Of a DNA stretch of 64,000 nucleotides, positions 1-27,553 are shown in pieces. Source of the DNA: the human T2T-CHM13v2.0 reference genome, Homo sapiens. Each line of letters begins with the position of its first letter. Positions within the stretch are counted from its first letter, which is position 1. The stretch lies in NCBI GenBank assembly GCA_009914755.4, contig CP068257.2, positions 6,208,001 through 6,272,000 of the forward strand, written 5' to 3'. The notes under the pieces were generated by a model. It saw nothing but the letters and a program-made list of their open reading frames with translations. It did no database searches and was not told the origin of the DNA. The translations under genes and the position numbers were made by a program.

Positions 1-3000
1 TTGACAAAAGTGACATCACCTGGGTGATCAGTGCTGAGATACGTCACAATGTCTCCAGTAGGCAGAGCCTAGACAAGAGTTACATCACCTGGGTGATCAG
101 GGCAGAGATATGTCACAATGCCCCCTGTAAGCAGATCCCAGAAAAGAGTTGCATCACCTCGGTGGTCAGTGCAGAGATATGTCTCAATGCCCCCTGTGAG
201 CGAAGCCTATACAAGAGTCACATCATCTCGGTGTTCAGTGCAGTGATATGTGAAAATGCCCCTGTAGGCAGAGCCTAGGCAAGGGTTACATCACCTGGTT
301 GACCAGTGCAGAGATATCTCACAATATCCCCTGTAAGCAGAGCCTAGACAAGAGTTACATCACCTGGGTGATCATTGTAGAGATATATCATAAATCTCAT
401 TGTATGCAAAGCCTAGAGAAGTTTTACATCACCTCAGCAATCAGTGCAGAGATATGTCCCAATGCCCCCATAGGCAGATCCAAGACAAGTGTACGTCACC
501 TGGGTGGTCAGTGCAGAAATACGTCACAATCCTCCCTTAGGCAGAGACTAGAAAAAATCCCCATCACCTGGATGATCAGTGCAGAGTTATGTCACCAGGT
601 GCCTTCAGGTAGATCCTAGAGAAGAGTTACATCACTTGGATGTTCAGTGCAGAGATATGTCACAATGCCACTGCAGGCAGAGCCTAGACAAGAGTTACAT
701 GACCTAGGTGATCAGTGAGGAGATACATCGCTATGTCCCTGTAGGCAGAGCCTTGACAAGCAGTACATCACCTGGGTGATCATTGCAGGGATATGTCTCA
801 AAGTACCCTGTAGGCATATCTTAGAAAAGAGTTACACCACCTGGGTGATCAGTGCAGGGATATGTCACAATGCCACTGTAGGCAGAGCCTAGACAAGTGT
901 TACATGACCTAGGTGATCAGTGCAGAGATACATCGCAATGCCCCTGTATGTAGAGCCTTGACAACTGGTACGTCACCAGGGTGATCATTACAGGGATATA
1001 TCACGAAGCATGTTGTATTCAGATCCTAGAGAAGAGTTATATAACCTGGGTGATCAGTGCAGAGATATGTCTCAATACCCCCTGTAAGCAGAGCCTAGAC
1101 AAGAGTTACATCACCTGGGTGATCATTGCAGAGATATGTGACAAGCCCCTTTAAGCAGAGCCTAGACAATAGTTACATCACCTGAGTGATCAGTGCAGAG
1201 ATCTCTCACAATAGCCCTTTAGGCAGAGCTTGGACCAGAGTTGCATCACCTGAGTGATCAGCGCAGAGATATGACACAATGTCCCCATAGGCAAATCCAA
1301 GACAAGAGTCCGTCACCTGGGAGATCAGTGCAGAAATATGTGACAATGCCCCCAGTACGCAGAGCCTAGAGAAGAGTTCCATCACCTGGGTGATCAGTGC
1401 AGAGATATTTCCCAATGCTCCTGCAGGGAGAGCACAAGCAAGAGTTACATCACCTAGATGATCAGTGCAGAGATATCTCACAAGGCCCTCTATAGGCAAA
1501 TCCCTGACAAGAGTTACATCAATTCAGTGATCAATGCAGTGATATGTCACTATGCCCCGTAGGCAGAGCCTAGTCAAGCGTTACAGCACCTGGGTGATCA
1601 GTGCACAGTTATGTCACAATGCCCCCTTTTGGCAGAGCCTAGGCAAGGGTTACATCACAGGGGTGATCAGTGCAGAGATGTGTCACAAGCCCCCTGTATC
1701 CAGAGCCTATACAAGAGTTACATCACCTGTGTGATCAGTGCAGTGACATGTCACAGTATCCCTGTAGTCATATCATTGACAAAAGTGACATCACCTGGGT
1801 GATCAGTGCGGAAATATGTCACAATGTCTCCAGTAGGCAGAGCCTAGAAAAGAGTTACATCACCTGGGTGATCAGGGCAGAGATATGTCACAATGCCCCC
1901 TGTAAGCAGATCCAAGACAAGAGTTGCATCACCTCGGTGATCAGTGCAGAGATATGTCTCAATGCCCCCTGTCGGCGAAGCCTATACAAGAGTTACATCA
2001 CATGGGTGATCAGAGCAGAGATGTGTCATAAATCCCACTGTAGGCAAAGCCTAGACAAGTTTGCATCACCTCAGCGATCAGTGCAGAGATATGTCACAAT
2101 GACCCATAGGCAAATCCAAGACAAGAGTCCTTCACTTGGGTGATCAGTGCAGACATGTGTGACAATGCCCACAGTAAGCAGAGCCTAGAGAAGGGTCTCA
2201 TCACCTGGGTGATCAGTGAAGAGATATTTCACAATGCCCCTGCAGGCAGAGCCTACACAAGTGTTACATCACTTAGGTGATCAGTGCAGAGATATGTCAC
2301 AATACCCAGTGTAAGCAGAGCCTAGACAAGAGTTACATCACCTGGGTAATCAGTGCAGAGATATGTGACAAGGCCCCTTTAAGGAGTGCCTAGACAATAG
2401 TTACATCACCTGGGTGATCAGTGCACAGATATGTGACAATGCCCCTTTAAGCAGAGCCTAGACAATAGTTACATCACCTGAGTGATCAGTGCAGAGATCT
2501 GTCACAATGCCCATTTAGGCAGAGCTTAGACAAGAGTTACATCACCTGGGTGATCAGTGCAGAGATATGTCACAATGGCCCCATAGGCAAATCCAAGACA
2601 AGAGTCCATACCCTGGGTGATCTGTGCAGAATTATGTGACGATGCCCCCAGTAGGCAGAGCCTTGAAAAGTGTCCTATTACCTGGGTGATCAGTGCAGAG
2701 ATATTTCACAATGCCCCTGCAGGCAGTGTGTAAGCAAGAGTTACATCACGTAGATGATCAGTGCAGAGATATGTCACAAGACCCCCTATAGGCTGAGCCT
2801 GGACAACAGTTACATCACCTGGGTGATCAGTGCAGATTTATCTCACAATACCCCCTGTAAGCAGAGCTTAGACAAGAGTTACATAACCTGGGTGATCAGT
2901 GCAGGGATATGTCATAAATCCCACTGTAGGCAAAGCCTAGACAAGTTTTACATCACCTCAGTGATCAGTGCAGAGTTATGTCCCAATGTCCCTTTAGGCA

Positions 3001-5431
3001 GAGCTTAGACAAGAATCACATCTCCTGGGTGATCAGTGCAGAGATAAGTCACAATGCCCCCGTAGGCAGAGCCTAGAAAAGAGTTACATAACCCGGGTGA
3101 TCCGTGCAGTGGGATGTCACAACGCCCTCTGTAGGCAGAGAATAGAAAAGAGTTACATCACCTGGGTGATCAGTGCAGAGATATGTCACAATGCCACCTG
3201 TAGGCAGAGCATAGAGAAGAGTTGCATCACCTGTGTGGTCAATGCAGACATATGTCACAATGTCCCCTGTAGGCAGAGCATGGAGAAGAGTTGCATCACC
3301 TGGGTGATCACTGCAGAGATATGTCACAATGTACCCTGTAGGCAAAGCCTAGGCAAGAGTTACATCACCTTTGTCATTGGTTCAGGGATAGGTGAAATCG
3401 CCCCTGTAGGCAGAGCCTAGACAAGATTTACATCACCTAGATGATCAGTGCAGAGACATTTCACAATACCGCTTGTAGGCAGATCCTAGACAAGAGTAGA
3501 ATCACCTGGGTAATCAGGCAGAGATATTTCACAATGCCCCCTTTGGACAGAGGGTAGACAAGTGTTACATAAAAAATGTGATCAGTGCAGAGATTTGTTA
3601 AAATTCCCTGTAGGCAGTGTTTATAAAATCGTTACATCACCTAGATGATCAGTGCAGAGATATGACACAATGCTCCTGTAGGCAGAAATTAGATAAGTTA
3701 CATCACCTGGGTGATCAGTGCAAAGGTTTCTCACAAAGCCCCCTGTAGGCAGAGCCTAAATAATAGTTACATCACTTGGGTCATCATTGGCGAGATCTCT
3801 CACAATTTCCCTGTAGGCAGAGCTTATACAACAGTTACGTCACCTGGGTGATCAGTGCAGAGATAAGTCACAATGCGTCCTTAGGCAGATCCAAAGCAAG
3901 AGTCTGTCACCTCGGTGATCAGTGCAGAAATATGTCACAATGCCCCCTTAGGCAGAGCCTAGACAAAAGCCTCAAAACCTGGATGATCAGTGCAGAGTTA
4001 TGTCACAAAATCCCTTTAGGGAGATCCTAGAAAATAGTTACATCACCTGGGTGATCAGTGCAAAGATATGTCACAATGCCACTGTAGGCAGAGCCTAGAC
4101 AAGAGTTACATGACCTAGGTGATCAGTGCAGAGATACATCGTAATGCCCCTGTAGGCAGAGCCTTGACAAGTGTTATACCACCTGGGTGATCATTGCAGG
4201 GATATGTCACAAAGCACCATGTAGGCAGATCGTAGAGAAGAGTTATGTCACCTGTGTGATCAGTGCAGAGATATGTCACAAGCCCCCTGTAGGCAGAGCC
4301 TAGACAAGAGTTATATCAACTGGGTAATCAGTGCAGTGATATGTCACAATGCATGTAGAAAGAGCCTAGACTAAAGTTACAACACCTGGGAGATCAGTGC
4401 AGAGATATATCACAATGTCCCCATTAGGCAGAGACCAGGGAAGATTTGGATCACCTCGGGATCAGTGCAGAGATATGTCTCAATCCCCCTGTGGGCACAG
4501 CCTAGACAAGAGTTACATCACCTCGGTTAACAGTGCAGTGATATGTCAAGGTGCCCCTGTAGGCAGAGCCTACACAAGTGTTACATCACTTAGGTGATCA
4601 GTGCAGAGATATGTCACAATACTCCCTCTAAGCAGAGCCTAGACAAGAGTTACATCACCTGGGTGACCAGTGCAGAGATATGTGACAAGGCCCCTTTAAG
4701 CAGAGCCTTGACAATAGTTACATCACCTAAGTGATCAGTGCAGAATTCTGTCACAATGCCCCTTTAGGCAGAGCTTAGACCAGAGTTACATCACCTGGGT
4801 GATCAGTGCAGTGATATGTCACAATGCCCCCCTAGGCAAATCCCAGATGAGAGTCCGTCACCTGGGTGATCAGTGCAGACATATGTGACAATGCCCCCAG
4901 TAGGCAGAGCGTAGAGAAGATTCCCATCACCTGGGTGATCAGTGCAGAGATATTTCACAATGCCCCTGCAGGTAGAGCGTAAGCAAGAGTTACATCACCT
5001 AGATGATCTGTGCAGAGATATGTCACAATGCCCCCTAAAAGCAGAGCCTGGACAAGAGTTATATCACCTCAGCGATCAATACAGTGATATGTCACTATGC
5101 CCCATAGGCAGAGCCTAGTGAAGCGTTACATCACCTGGGTGATCAGTGTAGAGATGTGTCATAAAACCGCCATACACAGAGCCTAGACAAGAGTCCCATC
5201 ACCTGGGTGATCAGTGAAGCAATATGTAACAATGCCCCCATAGGCATATCCAACAAAATAGTTACATCACCTGTGGGATTAGTGTAGAGATATGTCACAA
5301 TACCCCCATAGGCCGAGCCTAGATAAAAGTCCCGTCACCTGGGTGATCAGTGCAGAGATATGTTACAAAGCCCCTGTAGGCAGAGCCTAATCAAGTGTTA
5401 CATCGGTTTGTTGATCAGTTCAGAGATCTGT
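1..5431 (+). repeat. Beta-satellite (Sau3A family, ~68-bp monomers) array
   Basis: Tandem 68-69-bp periodicity of GATCAGTGCAGAGATATGTCACAATGCCCC...CATCACCTGGGT monomers, e.g. GATCAG at 26, 95, 164, 233, 301. The + label means this motif reads on the top strand. Confidence 0.9.
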
Positions 5432-14832
<9,401 letters not shown>

Positions 14833-17800
14833 TAGTCAAAGCCTAGAGAATAGTTACAACTCCTGGATGATCAGTTCAGAAATATGTCACAATGTCCCCT
14901 CCCTGCGGAGCCTAGAGAAGATTTGCGTCATTTGGGTGATCAGTGCAGAGATTTATCACAATGTCCCCCATAGAAAAAACCTGAAAATGATTTACATCAC
15001 CTCGGTGATCAGTGCATAGGTATGTCAGAAATCCCCAGTAGGCTGAACTTAGACAAGGGTTATATCACTTAGGTGATCAGTGTAGAGATATGTGAAAATT
15101 CCCGTGTAGACAGAGCCTAGACAAGTGTTACATCACCTAGTGATCAGTGCAGGGATAAGTCATAAAGCCTCCTGTAGGCAGAGTGTAGACAAGTGTTTCC
15201 TCCCTGTGGTGATCAGTGCAGAGATATGTCACAAAGCCCCTATAAGCAGAACCTCGACACGGGTTACATCACCTGTTTGATCAGTGGAAATGTATAACGC
15301 AAAGCCCCCTGTAAGCAAAGCCCAGACAATTGTTACATCAGCTGGGTGAGCAGTGGAGTAATCTGTCACAATGCCCCTGTAGGCAGAGCTTTGACAAGGG
15401 TTACATCACCTGCGTGATCAGTGCAGAGATATGTCGAAACGCTCCTGTAGGCTGAACCGAGACAGGAGTCACATCACCTGGGTGATCAGTGCAGAGATAT
15501 GTGAGAATTCCCGTTTAGGCAGAGCCTAGACAAGTGTTACATCAACTAGGTTATCAGTGCAGGTATAAGTCATAAAGCCTCCTGTAGGCAGAGAATAGAC
15601 AAGAGTTCCCTCCCCAGGGTGATCAGTGCAGAGAAGTGTCACATAGCCCCTGAAGGCAGAGCCTAGACAAGAGTTTCATCACTTGGTTGATCAGTTCAGA
15701 GATGTGTCATAATGTCCATGTAGGCAGATCTAAGACAAGAGTCCATCACCTGGGTGATCAGTGCAGAGATATGTACCAATGTCCCCGGTAGGCCGTGCCT
15801 AGACAAGAGTTGCATCACCTCAGAGATCAGTGCATGGATATGTCACAAAGCCTTCTGTAGGCAAAGACCATACAAGGCTTACATCACCTAGGTGATGAGT
15901 GCAGTGTTATGTCACAAAAATCCCAGTAGACAGAGCCTAGACAAGGGTTACATCACCTGGGTTATCAGTGCAGATATTTGACACAATGCACCCATAGACA
16001 GAGCCTAGAGAAGACTTCCATCACCTGCGTGATCAGTGCAGAGATATGTCACAATGCCCTCTGTAGGCAGAGCATAGAGAAGAGTTGCATCACCTGGGTG
16101 ATCACTGCAGAGATATGTCACAATGTCCCCTGTAGGCAAAGCCTAGGCAAAAGTTACATCACCTTTGTCATCAGTTCAGGGATATGTGAAAACGCCCCTG
16201 TAGGCAGAGCCTAGACAAGAGTTACATCACCTAGTTGATCAGTGCAGAGATATTTCACAATACCCTGTGTACGCAGATCCTAGACAAGAGTTGAATCACC
16301 TGGGTGATCAGTACAGAGATATTTCACAATGCCCCCTTTGGGCAGAGGGTAGACAACAGTTATATCACCTAGGTGATCAGTGCAGAGACTTGTCAAAATT
16401 CCCTGTAGGCAGTGCTTACAAAATTGTCACATCACCTAAGTGATCAGTGCAGAGATATGTCACAAAGCTCCTTTAGGCAGAACTTAGATGAGTTACGTCA
16501 CCTGGGTGATCAGTGCAAAGCTATGTCACAAAGCCCCCTGTAGGCAAATCCTAGACTATCGTTACATCATTTGGGTAATCAGTGGCGAGATCTCTCACAA
16601 TTTCCCCGTAGGCAGAGCTTATACAACAGTTACATCACCTGGGTGATCACTGCAGAGATATGTCACTATGCCCCCATAGGCAGATCCAAGACAAGAGTCC
16701 GTCACCTGGGTGACCAGTGCAGAAATATGTCACAATTCCCCCTTAAGCAGAGCCTAGACAAAAGCCCCATCACCTGGATGATCAGTGCAGAGTTATGTCA
16801 CAAAATCCCTTTAGTCAGATGCTAGACAAGAGTTATATCACTTGGATGATCAGTGCAGAGATATGTCACAAAGCCACTGTAGACAGAGCCTAGACAAGAA
16901 TTACATGACCTAGGTGATCAGTGCAGAGATACATCACAATATCCCTGTAGGCAGAGCCTTGACAAGTGGTACATCACCTGGGTGATCATTGCAGGGATAT
17001 GTTCCAAAGCTCCCTGTAGGAAGATCCTAGAAAAGAGTTACATCACCTTGGTGATCAGTGCAGAGATATGTCACAATGCCACTGTAGGCATAGCCTAGAC
17101 AAGAGTTACATGACCTATCTGATCAGTGCAGAGATACATCGCAATGCCCCTGTAGGCAGAGCCATGACAAATGGTGTATCACCTGGGTGATCATTGCAGG
17201 GATACGTCACAAAGCACCTTGTAGGAAGATCCTAGAGAAGAGTTATATCACCTGGGTAATCAGTGCAGAGATATGTCACAAGCCCCCTGTAGGAAGAGCC
17301 TAGACAAGAATTATATCACCTGGGTGGTCATTGCAGTGATATGTCACAAGGCCGTGTAGCCAGAGCCTAGACTAAAGTTACAGCACCTGGGAGATCAGTA
17401 CAGAGATATGTCACAATGTACACAGTAGGCAGAGACCAGGCAAGATTTGGATCACCTCGGGATCAGTGCAGAGATATGTCTCAATCTCCCTGTGGGCACA
17501 GCCTAGACAAGAGATACATCACCTCGGTTAACAGTGCAGAGATATGTCAAAATGCCCCTGTAGGCAGAGCCTACACAAGTGTTACATAACTTAGGTGATC
17601 AGTGCAGAGATATGTCACAATACACCCTGTAAATAGGGCCTAGACAAGAGTTACATCACCTGGGTGATCAGTGCAGAGACCTGTTACAATGCCCCGTTAG
17701 GCAGAGCTTAGACCAGGGTTACACCACCTGGGTGATCAGTGCAGAGATATGTCACAATGCCCCCATAGGCAAATCCAAGACAATAGTCCGTCACCTGGGT

Positions 17801-18364
17801 GATCAGTGCAGACATCTGTGACAATGCCCCCAGTAAGCAGAGCCTAGAGAAGGGTCCCATCACCTGTGTGATAAGTGCAGAGGTATTTCACAATGCCCCT
17901 GAAGGCAGAGCGTAAGCAAGAGTTACATCCCCTAGGTGATCACTGCAGAGATATGTCACAAGGCCCCCTATAGCTAGAGCCTGGACAAGAGTTTTATCAC
18001 CTCGGTGATCAATGCAGTGATATGTCACTATACCCCGTAGGCGGAGCCTAGTGAAGCGTTCCATCACCTGGGTGATCAGTGCAGAGTTATGTCACAAAGC
18101 CCCCATACACAGAGCAAAGAAAAGAGTCCCAACACCTGGGTGATCAGTGCAGAAATATGTCACAATTACCCCATAGGCAGATCCAACACAAGAGTTCCAT
18201 CACCTGGGTGATCAGTGTAGAGATGTGTCACAATGCCCCCATAGGCAGAGCCTAGACAAGAGCCCCATCACCTGAGTGATCAGTGCAGAGATATGTCACA
18301 AAGCCCCTGTAGGCAGAGCCTAGAAAAGAGTTACTTTACTTTGTTGATCAGTTCAGAGATGTGT
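14833..18364 (+). repeat. Beta-satellite array
   Basis: 68-bp monomer periodicity. The first monomers after the unit (CCTAGAGAATAGTTACAACTCCTGGATGATCAGTTCAGAAATATGTCACAATG...) recur after every + unit. Confidence 0.9.
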
Positions 18365-18741
18365 CATGCTGACTGTTTGCTCCCGTATCTCTGCGGGCAC
18401 CCGGATACAGGCAGGGAAGGGTGGAAGACTGGCATGGTGCCTTCTCTCTCCTTGCCAGTTTCCAAACCGGCCACACTGCAGCCTCCCCATGTTGCCACAC
18501 TTGGGAATCCATCATCAGGCCATCATGCCAGGGAGGCATCTTCTCTCTGGTGTCTCGCTCTGCTCTCCTACGTGGAAATGAACGAGAGCCATACGCTTGC
18601 GTGTGTGAGACTGTCCCGGCAATGTCGACACCCACAGGCACTTCCTCTTTCACGGAAAGAAGGCCTGTAACACTCCAGACTCCCACGGAGGTTCACTTCC
18701 ACACTCCCCTCCACCCTCCCACGCTGGTTTCTCCCTGCTGA

Positions 18742-20429
<1,688 letters not shown>

Positions 20430-21089
20430 GACCCGACGTTGGGACGGGGTCGGTTTGGGGCAGGGCTGTGGCCTCTCTTTCGCGGGGAACACCTGGCTGG
20501 CTATGGAAGGGTGTGCCTTCCTCCCGCCCCCTCCATCGCCCTGACGGGCCTGGGATTCCTGCCTTCTAGGTCTAGGCCCGGTGAGAGGCTCCACACAGCG
20601 GAGAACTGCCATTCTTTCCTGGGCGTCCCGGGGATCGCGGAGCCGGCCCAGGTGCCAACAAGTGGGCCGCCTACTGCGCACGCGCGGTTTGGCAGCCAGC
20701 CGCCTGGGCTGTTGGAGCAGCCGGGGAGAGCTCTCATGCCTTTCCACCACCCCACCCCCGCCTGACCAGCCCCATCCCACCCCCACCCCCCACTCACGGA
20801 AAATGCTTCCACCCCTGGGCTGGGTAGACACCCCTTCCCGCGAAATATCGGGCCCGTGCAGCGTCAAGACCTGACACCCTTCCAGCGGCTTGCCTCCTCT
20901 GCACCTCTGCGCCAATGTCGCCGACTCGCCCGTGCCCCTCCAGCTTCACAGCTGCCACCATGGAGGGCCTGGTGGGGCAATGCAGACCTCTAGCTCTCTT
21001 TGCCGGCCTCCTGGCTAGATCTGCGCTCATTGAGCACCCCGGCTGCCGTGCAAGGGAGCCCGCTGACCTCTCCGTGCCCTTGTCCGTCT

Positions 21090-21200
21090 GTGAAATTCGG
21101 GCTGAGGTTCTCCCAACACCTTCCAACGCTCTTTAGTCAAAGCATGGAGAATAGTTACATCTCCTGGATGATCAGTTCAGAAATATGTCACAATGCCCCC
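21090..21200 (+). other. pLAM / DUX4 exon-3-like 3' tail of unit C running into beta-satellite, with no ATTAAA poly(A) signal
   Basis: GTGAAATTCGGGCTGAGGTTCTCCCAACACCTTCCAACGCTCTTTAGTCAAAGCATGGAGAATAGTTACATCTCCTGGATGATCAGTTCAGAAATATGTCACAATGCCCCCTCC. This is collinear with the 4qA pLAM sequence as I recall it (...CATCTCCTGGATGATTAGTTCAGAGATATATTAAAATGCCCCCTCCCTGTGG...). Equivalents at ~14780-14890, 27500-27610, 37520-37640 and 42790-42900, and in reverse complement at 45600-45720, 53950-54080 and 60780-60910. Confidence 0.6.
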
Positions 21201-24200
21201 TCCATTCAGAGCCTGGAAAAGATTTGCATCATTTGGGTGATCAGTGCAGAGATGTATCACAATGTCCCCTGTACAGAAAGCCTGGGAACGATTTACATCA
21301 CCATGGTGATCAGTGCATAGATATGTCAGAAATCCCCAGTAGGCTGAACCTAGACAAGGGTTACATCCTTTAGGTGATCAGTGTAGAGATATGTGAAAAT
21401 TCCCGTGTAGACAGAGCCTAGACAAGTGTTATGTCACCTAGTGATCAGTGCAGGGATAAGTCGTAAAGCCTCCTGTAGGCAGAGTTTAGAAAAGTGTTTC
21501 ATCCCTGGGGTGATCAGTGCAGAGATATGTCACAAAGCTCCTGTAAGCAGAACCTTGACAAGTCTTACTTCACCTGTTTGATCAGTGGAAATGTATATCA
21601 TAAAGCCCCCAGTAGGCAAAGCCCGGACTATTGTTAAATCACTTGGGTGAGCAGTGGAGAGATCTGTCACAATGCCCCTGTAGGCAGAGCTTAGATAAGG
21701 GTTACATCACCTGGGTGATCAGTGCAGAGATATGTCAAAAGGCTCCCCTGGGCTGAACCTAGACAGGAGTTACATCACCCGGGTGATCAGTGCAGAGATT
21801 TGTGAGAATTCCCGTGTAGGCAGGGCCTAGACAATTGTTACATCACCTAGGTTATCAGTGCAGGCATAAGTCATAAAGCCTCCTGTAGGCAGAGTGTAGA
21901 CAACTCTTCCCTCACCAGGGTGATCATTGCAGAGATGTGTCACAAAGCCCCTGTAGGCAGAGCCTAGACAAGAGTTTCATCACTTGGTTGATCAGTTCAG
22001 AGATGTGTCAAAATGTCCATGTAGGCAGATCTAAGACAAGAGTCCATCACATGGGTGATCAGTGCAGAGATATGTACCAATTTCCCCTGTAGGCAGTGCC
22101 TAGACGCGACTTGCATCACCTCAGAGATCAGTGCATAGGTATGTCACAAAGCCTTCTGTAGGAAAAGCCCATACAAGGCTTACATCACCTAGGTGATCAG
22201 TGCAGTGATGTTTCACAAAAAATCCTGTAGACAGAGCCTAGAAAAGAGTTACATCACCTGGGTGATCAGTGCAGATATTTGACACAATGCCTCCATAGAC
22301 AGAGACTATAAAAGACTTCCATCACCTGGGTGATCATTGAAATGATATGTTACAAATCCCCTTCTAGGCAGAGTATAGAGAACAGTCCCATCACCTGGGT
22401 GATCAGTGCAGAGATATTTCCCAATTCCCCCTGTAGGCAGAGAGTGGGCAAGAGTTAAATAACCTAGGTGATCTGTGCAGAGCTATGTCAAAACGTCCCG
22501 GAAGGCAGAGCCTAGATAAATGTCGCATCAGCTGGGTGATAAGTGCAGAGATACGTCACAATACCCCCTGTATGTGGAGCCTAGACAAGAGATACATCAA
22601 CTGGGTGATCAGTGCAGAGATATGTAACAAAGCCCCTGTAGGCGGAGCCTAGACAGAGTTACATCACCTGGGTTATCAGTGCAGAAATATATCACAAAGC
22701 CCCTGTAGGCCGAGCCTAGATAAGAGTTACATCTCCTAGGTTATCAGTGCAAAGATATGTCACAAAGCCCCCTGTAGACAAATCCCAGAAAGTTGTTACA
22801 TCACCTGGGTGATCAGTGGAGGTATCTGTCAAAATTCCCCTTTAGGCGCAGCTTAGACAAGCCTTACATCACATGAGTGATCAGTGTAGAGTTATGTCAC
22901 TATGCCCCCATAGGCAGATCCAAGACAAGAGTTCATCACCTGCGTGATCAGTGCAGAAATATGCCACAATGCTGCCAGTAGGCAGATATAGAAAAGACTT
23001 AAATCAGCTGCGTGATCATTGCAGAGATATGTCACAATGCCCCTGTAGGCAGACCCTAGACAAGAGTCCCATCAGCTTGGTGATCAGTGCAGAGTTATGT
23101 CACAATGCCCCTGTAGCCAGAGCCTAGACAAGCGTTACATCAGCTGTGTGATCAGTGCAGTGACATGTCACAATGTCCATGTAGCCTTATCCTTGGCAAA
23201 AGTGACATCACCTGGGTGATCAGTGCGGAGATATATCACAATGTCTCCAGTAGGCAGAGCCTAGACAAGAGTTACATCACCTGGGTGATCAGGGCAGAGA
23301 TATGTCACAATGCCCCCTCTAAGCAGATCCCAGACAATAGTTGCATCACCTCGGTGATCAGTGCAGAGATATGTCTCAATGCCCCCTGTCGGTGAAGCCT
23401 ATACATGAGTTACACCACCTCGGTGATCAGTGCAGTGATATGTTAAAATGCCCCTGTAGGCAGAGCTTAGACAAAAGTTACATAACCTGGGTGATCAGTG
23501 CAGAGATATGTTCTAAATTCCACTGTAGGCAAAGCCTAGACAAGTTTTACATCACCTCAGCGATCAGTGCAGAGATATGTCCCAATGTCCCTCTAGGCAG
23601 AGCTTAGACAGGAGTCACATCTCCTGGGTGATCAGTGCAGAGATAAGTCACAAGGCCCCCGTAGGCAGAGCGTAGACAAGAGTTACATAACCCGGGTGAT
23701 CTGTGCAGAATGATGTCACAACGACCTCTGTAGGCAGAGACTAGAAAAGAGTTACATCACCTGGGTGATCAGTGCAGAGATATGTCACAATGCCCCCATA
23801 GGCAGATCCAAGACAAGAGTCCGTCACGTGGGTGATCAGTGCAGAAATATGTCACAATGCCCCCTTAGGCAGAGCCTGGACAAAAGCCCCATCACCTGTA
23901 TGATCAGTGCAGAGTTATGTCACAAACTCCCTTTAGGCCGACCCTAGACAAGGGTTACATTACTTGGATGATCAGTGCAGAGGTATGTCACAATGCCCCT
24001 GTAGGCAGAGCCTAGACAAGTATTACATTACCCAGGTACTCAGTGCAGAGATACATCTTAATGTCCCTGTAGGCAGAGACTTGACAAGAGGTATATCACC
24101 TGGGTGATCACTGCAGGGATATGTCACAAAGCACCCTGTACGCAGATCCTAGAGGAAAGATATAAAACCCGGGTGAACAGTGCAGAGATATGTCACAATG

Positions 24201-24804
24201 CCCCCATAGGCAAATCCAAGACAAGGGTCCGTCACCTGGGTGATCAGTGCAGAAATATGTGACAATGCCCCCAGTAGGCAGAGCCTATAGAAGAGTCCCA
24301 TCACCTGGGTAATCAGTGCAGAGATATTTCACAATGCCCCTGCAGGCAGAGCATAAGCAAGAGTTACATCACCAAGATGATCAGTGCAGAGTTATGTCAC
24401 AAGGCCCCCTATAGGCAGAGCTTGGACAGGAGTTACATCGCCTTGGTGATCGATGCAGTGATATGTTATTATACCCCATAGGCAGAGCCTAGTCAAGCGT
24501 TACATCACGTGGGTGATCAGTGCAGAGATATGTCACAAAGCCCCCATACACAGATCCTAGACAAGAGACCCATCACCTGAGTGATCAGTGCAGAAATATG
24601 TCACAATGCCCCCATAGGCAGATCCAACACAAGAGTTACATCACCTGGGTGATCAATGTAGAGGTATGTCACAATGCCCCCATAGGCAGAGCCTAGACAA
24701 GCGTCCCATCACCTGGGTGATCAGTGAAGAGATATATCACAAAGCCCCAGTAGGCAGAGCCTAGACAAAAGTTACATCACTTTGTTGATCAGTTCAGAGA
24801 TGTG
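21144..24804 (+). repeat. Beta-satellite array
   Basis: 68-bp monomers, with the same unit-proximal monomer series as after units B, D, E and F. Confidence 0.9.

Positions 24805-27553
<2,749 letters not shown>

Noticed and set aside
24-5400. Dozens of 60-157-aa ORFs on both strands throughout the beta-satellite, for example 1670-2143 +, 50117-50509 -, 51690-52079 -, rich in repeated ...ITWVISAEICHNAPCRQSLDKSY... peptides
   Set aside because: They are translations of the 68-bp satellite monomer and its revcomp (...TYLCTDHPGDATLL...); the peptide repeats track the 68-bp DNA repeat. No start or stop context, no codon bias, and the same pseudo-peptides occur in every satellite block. They are not genes.
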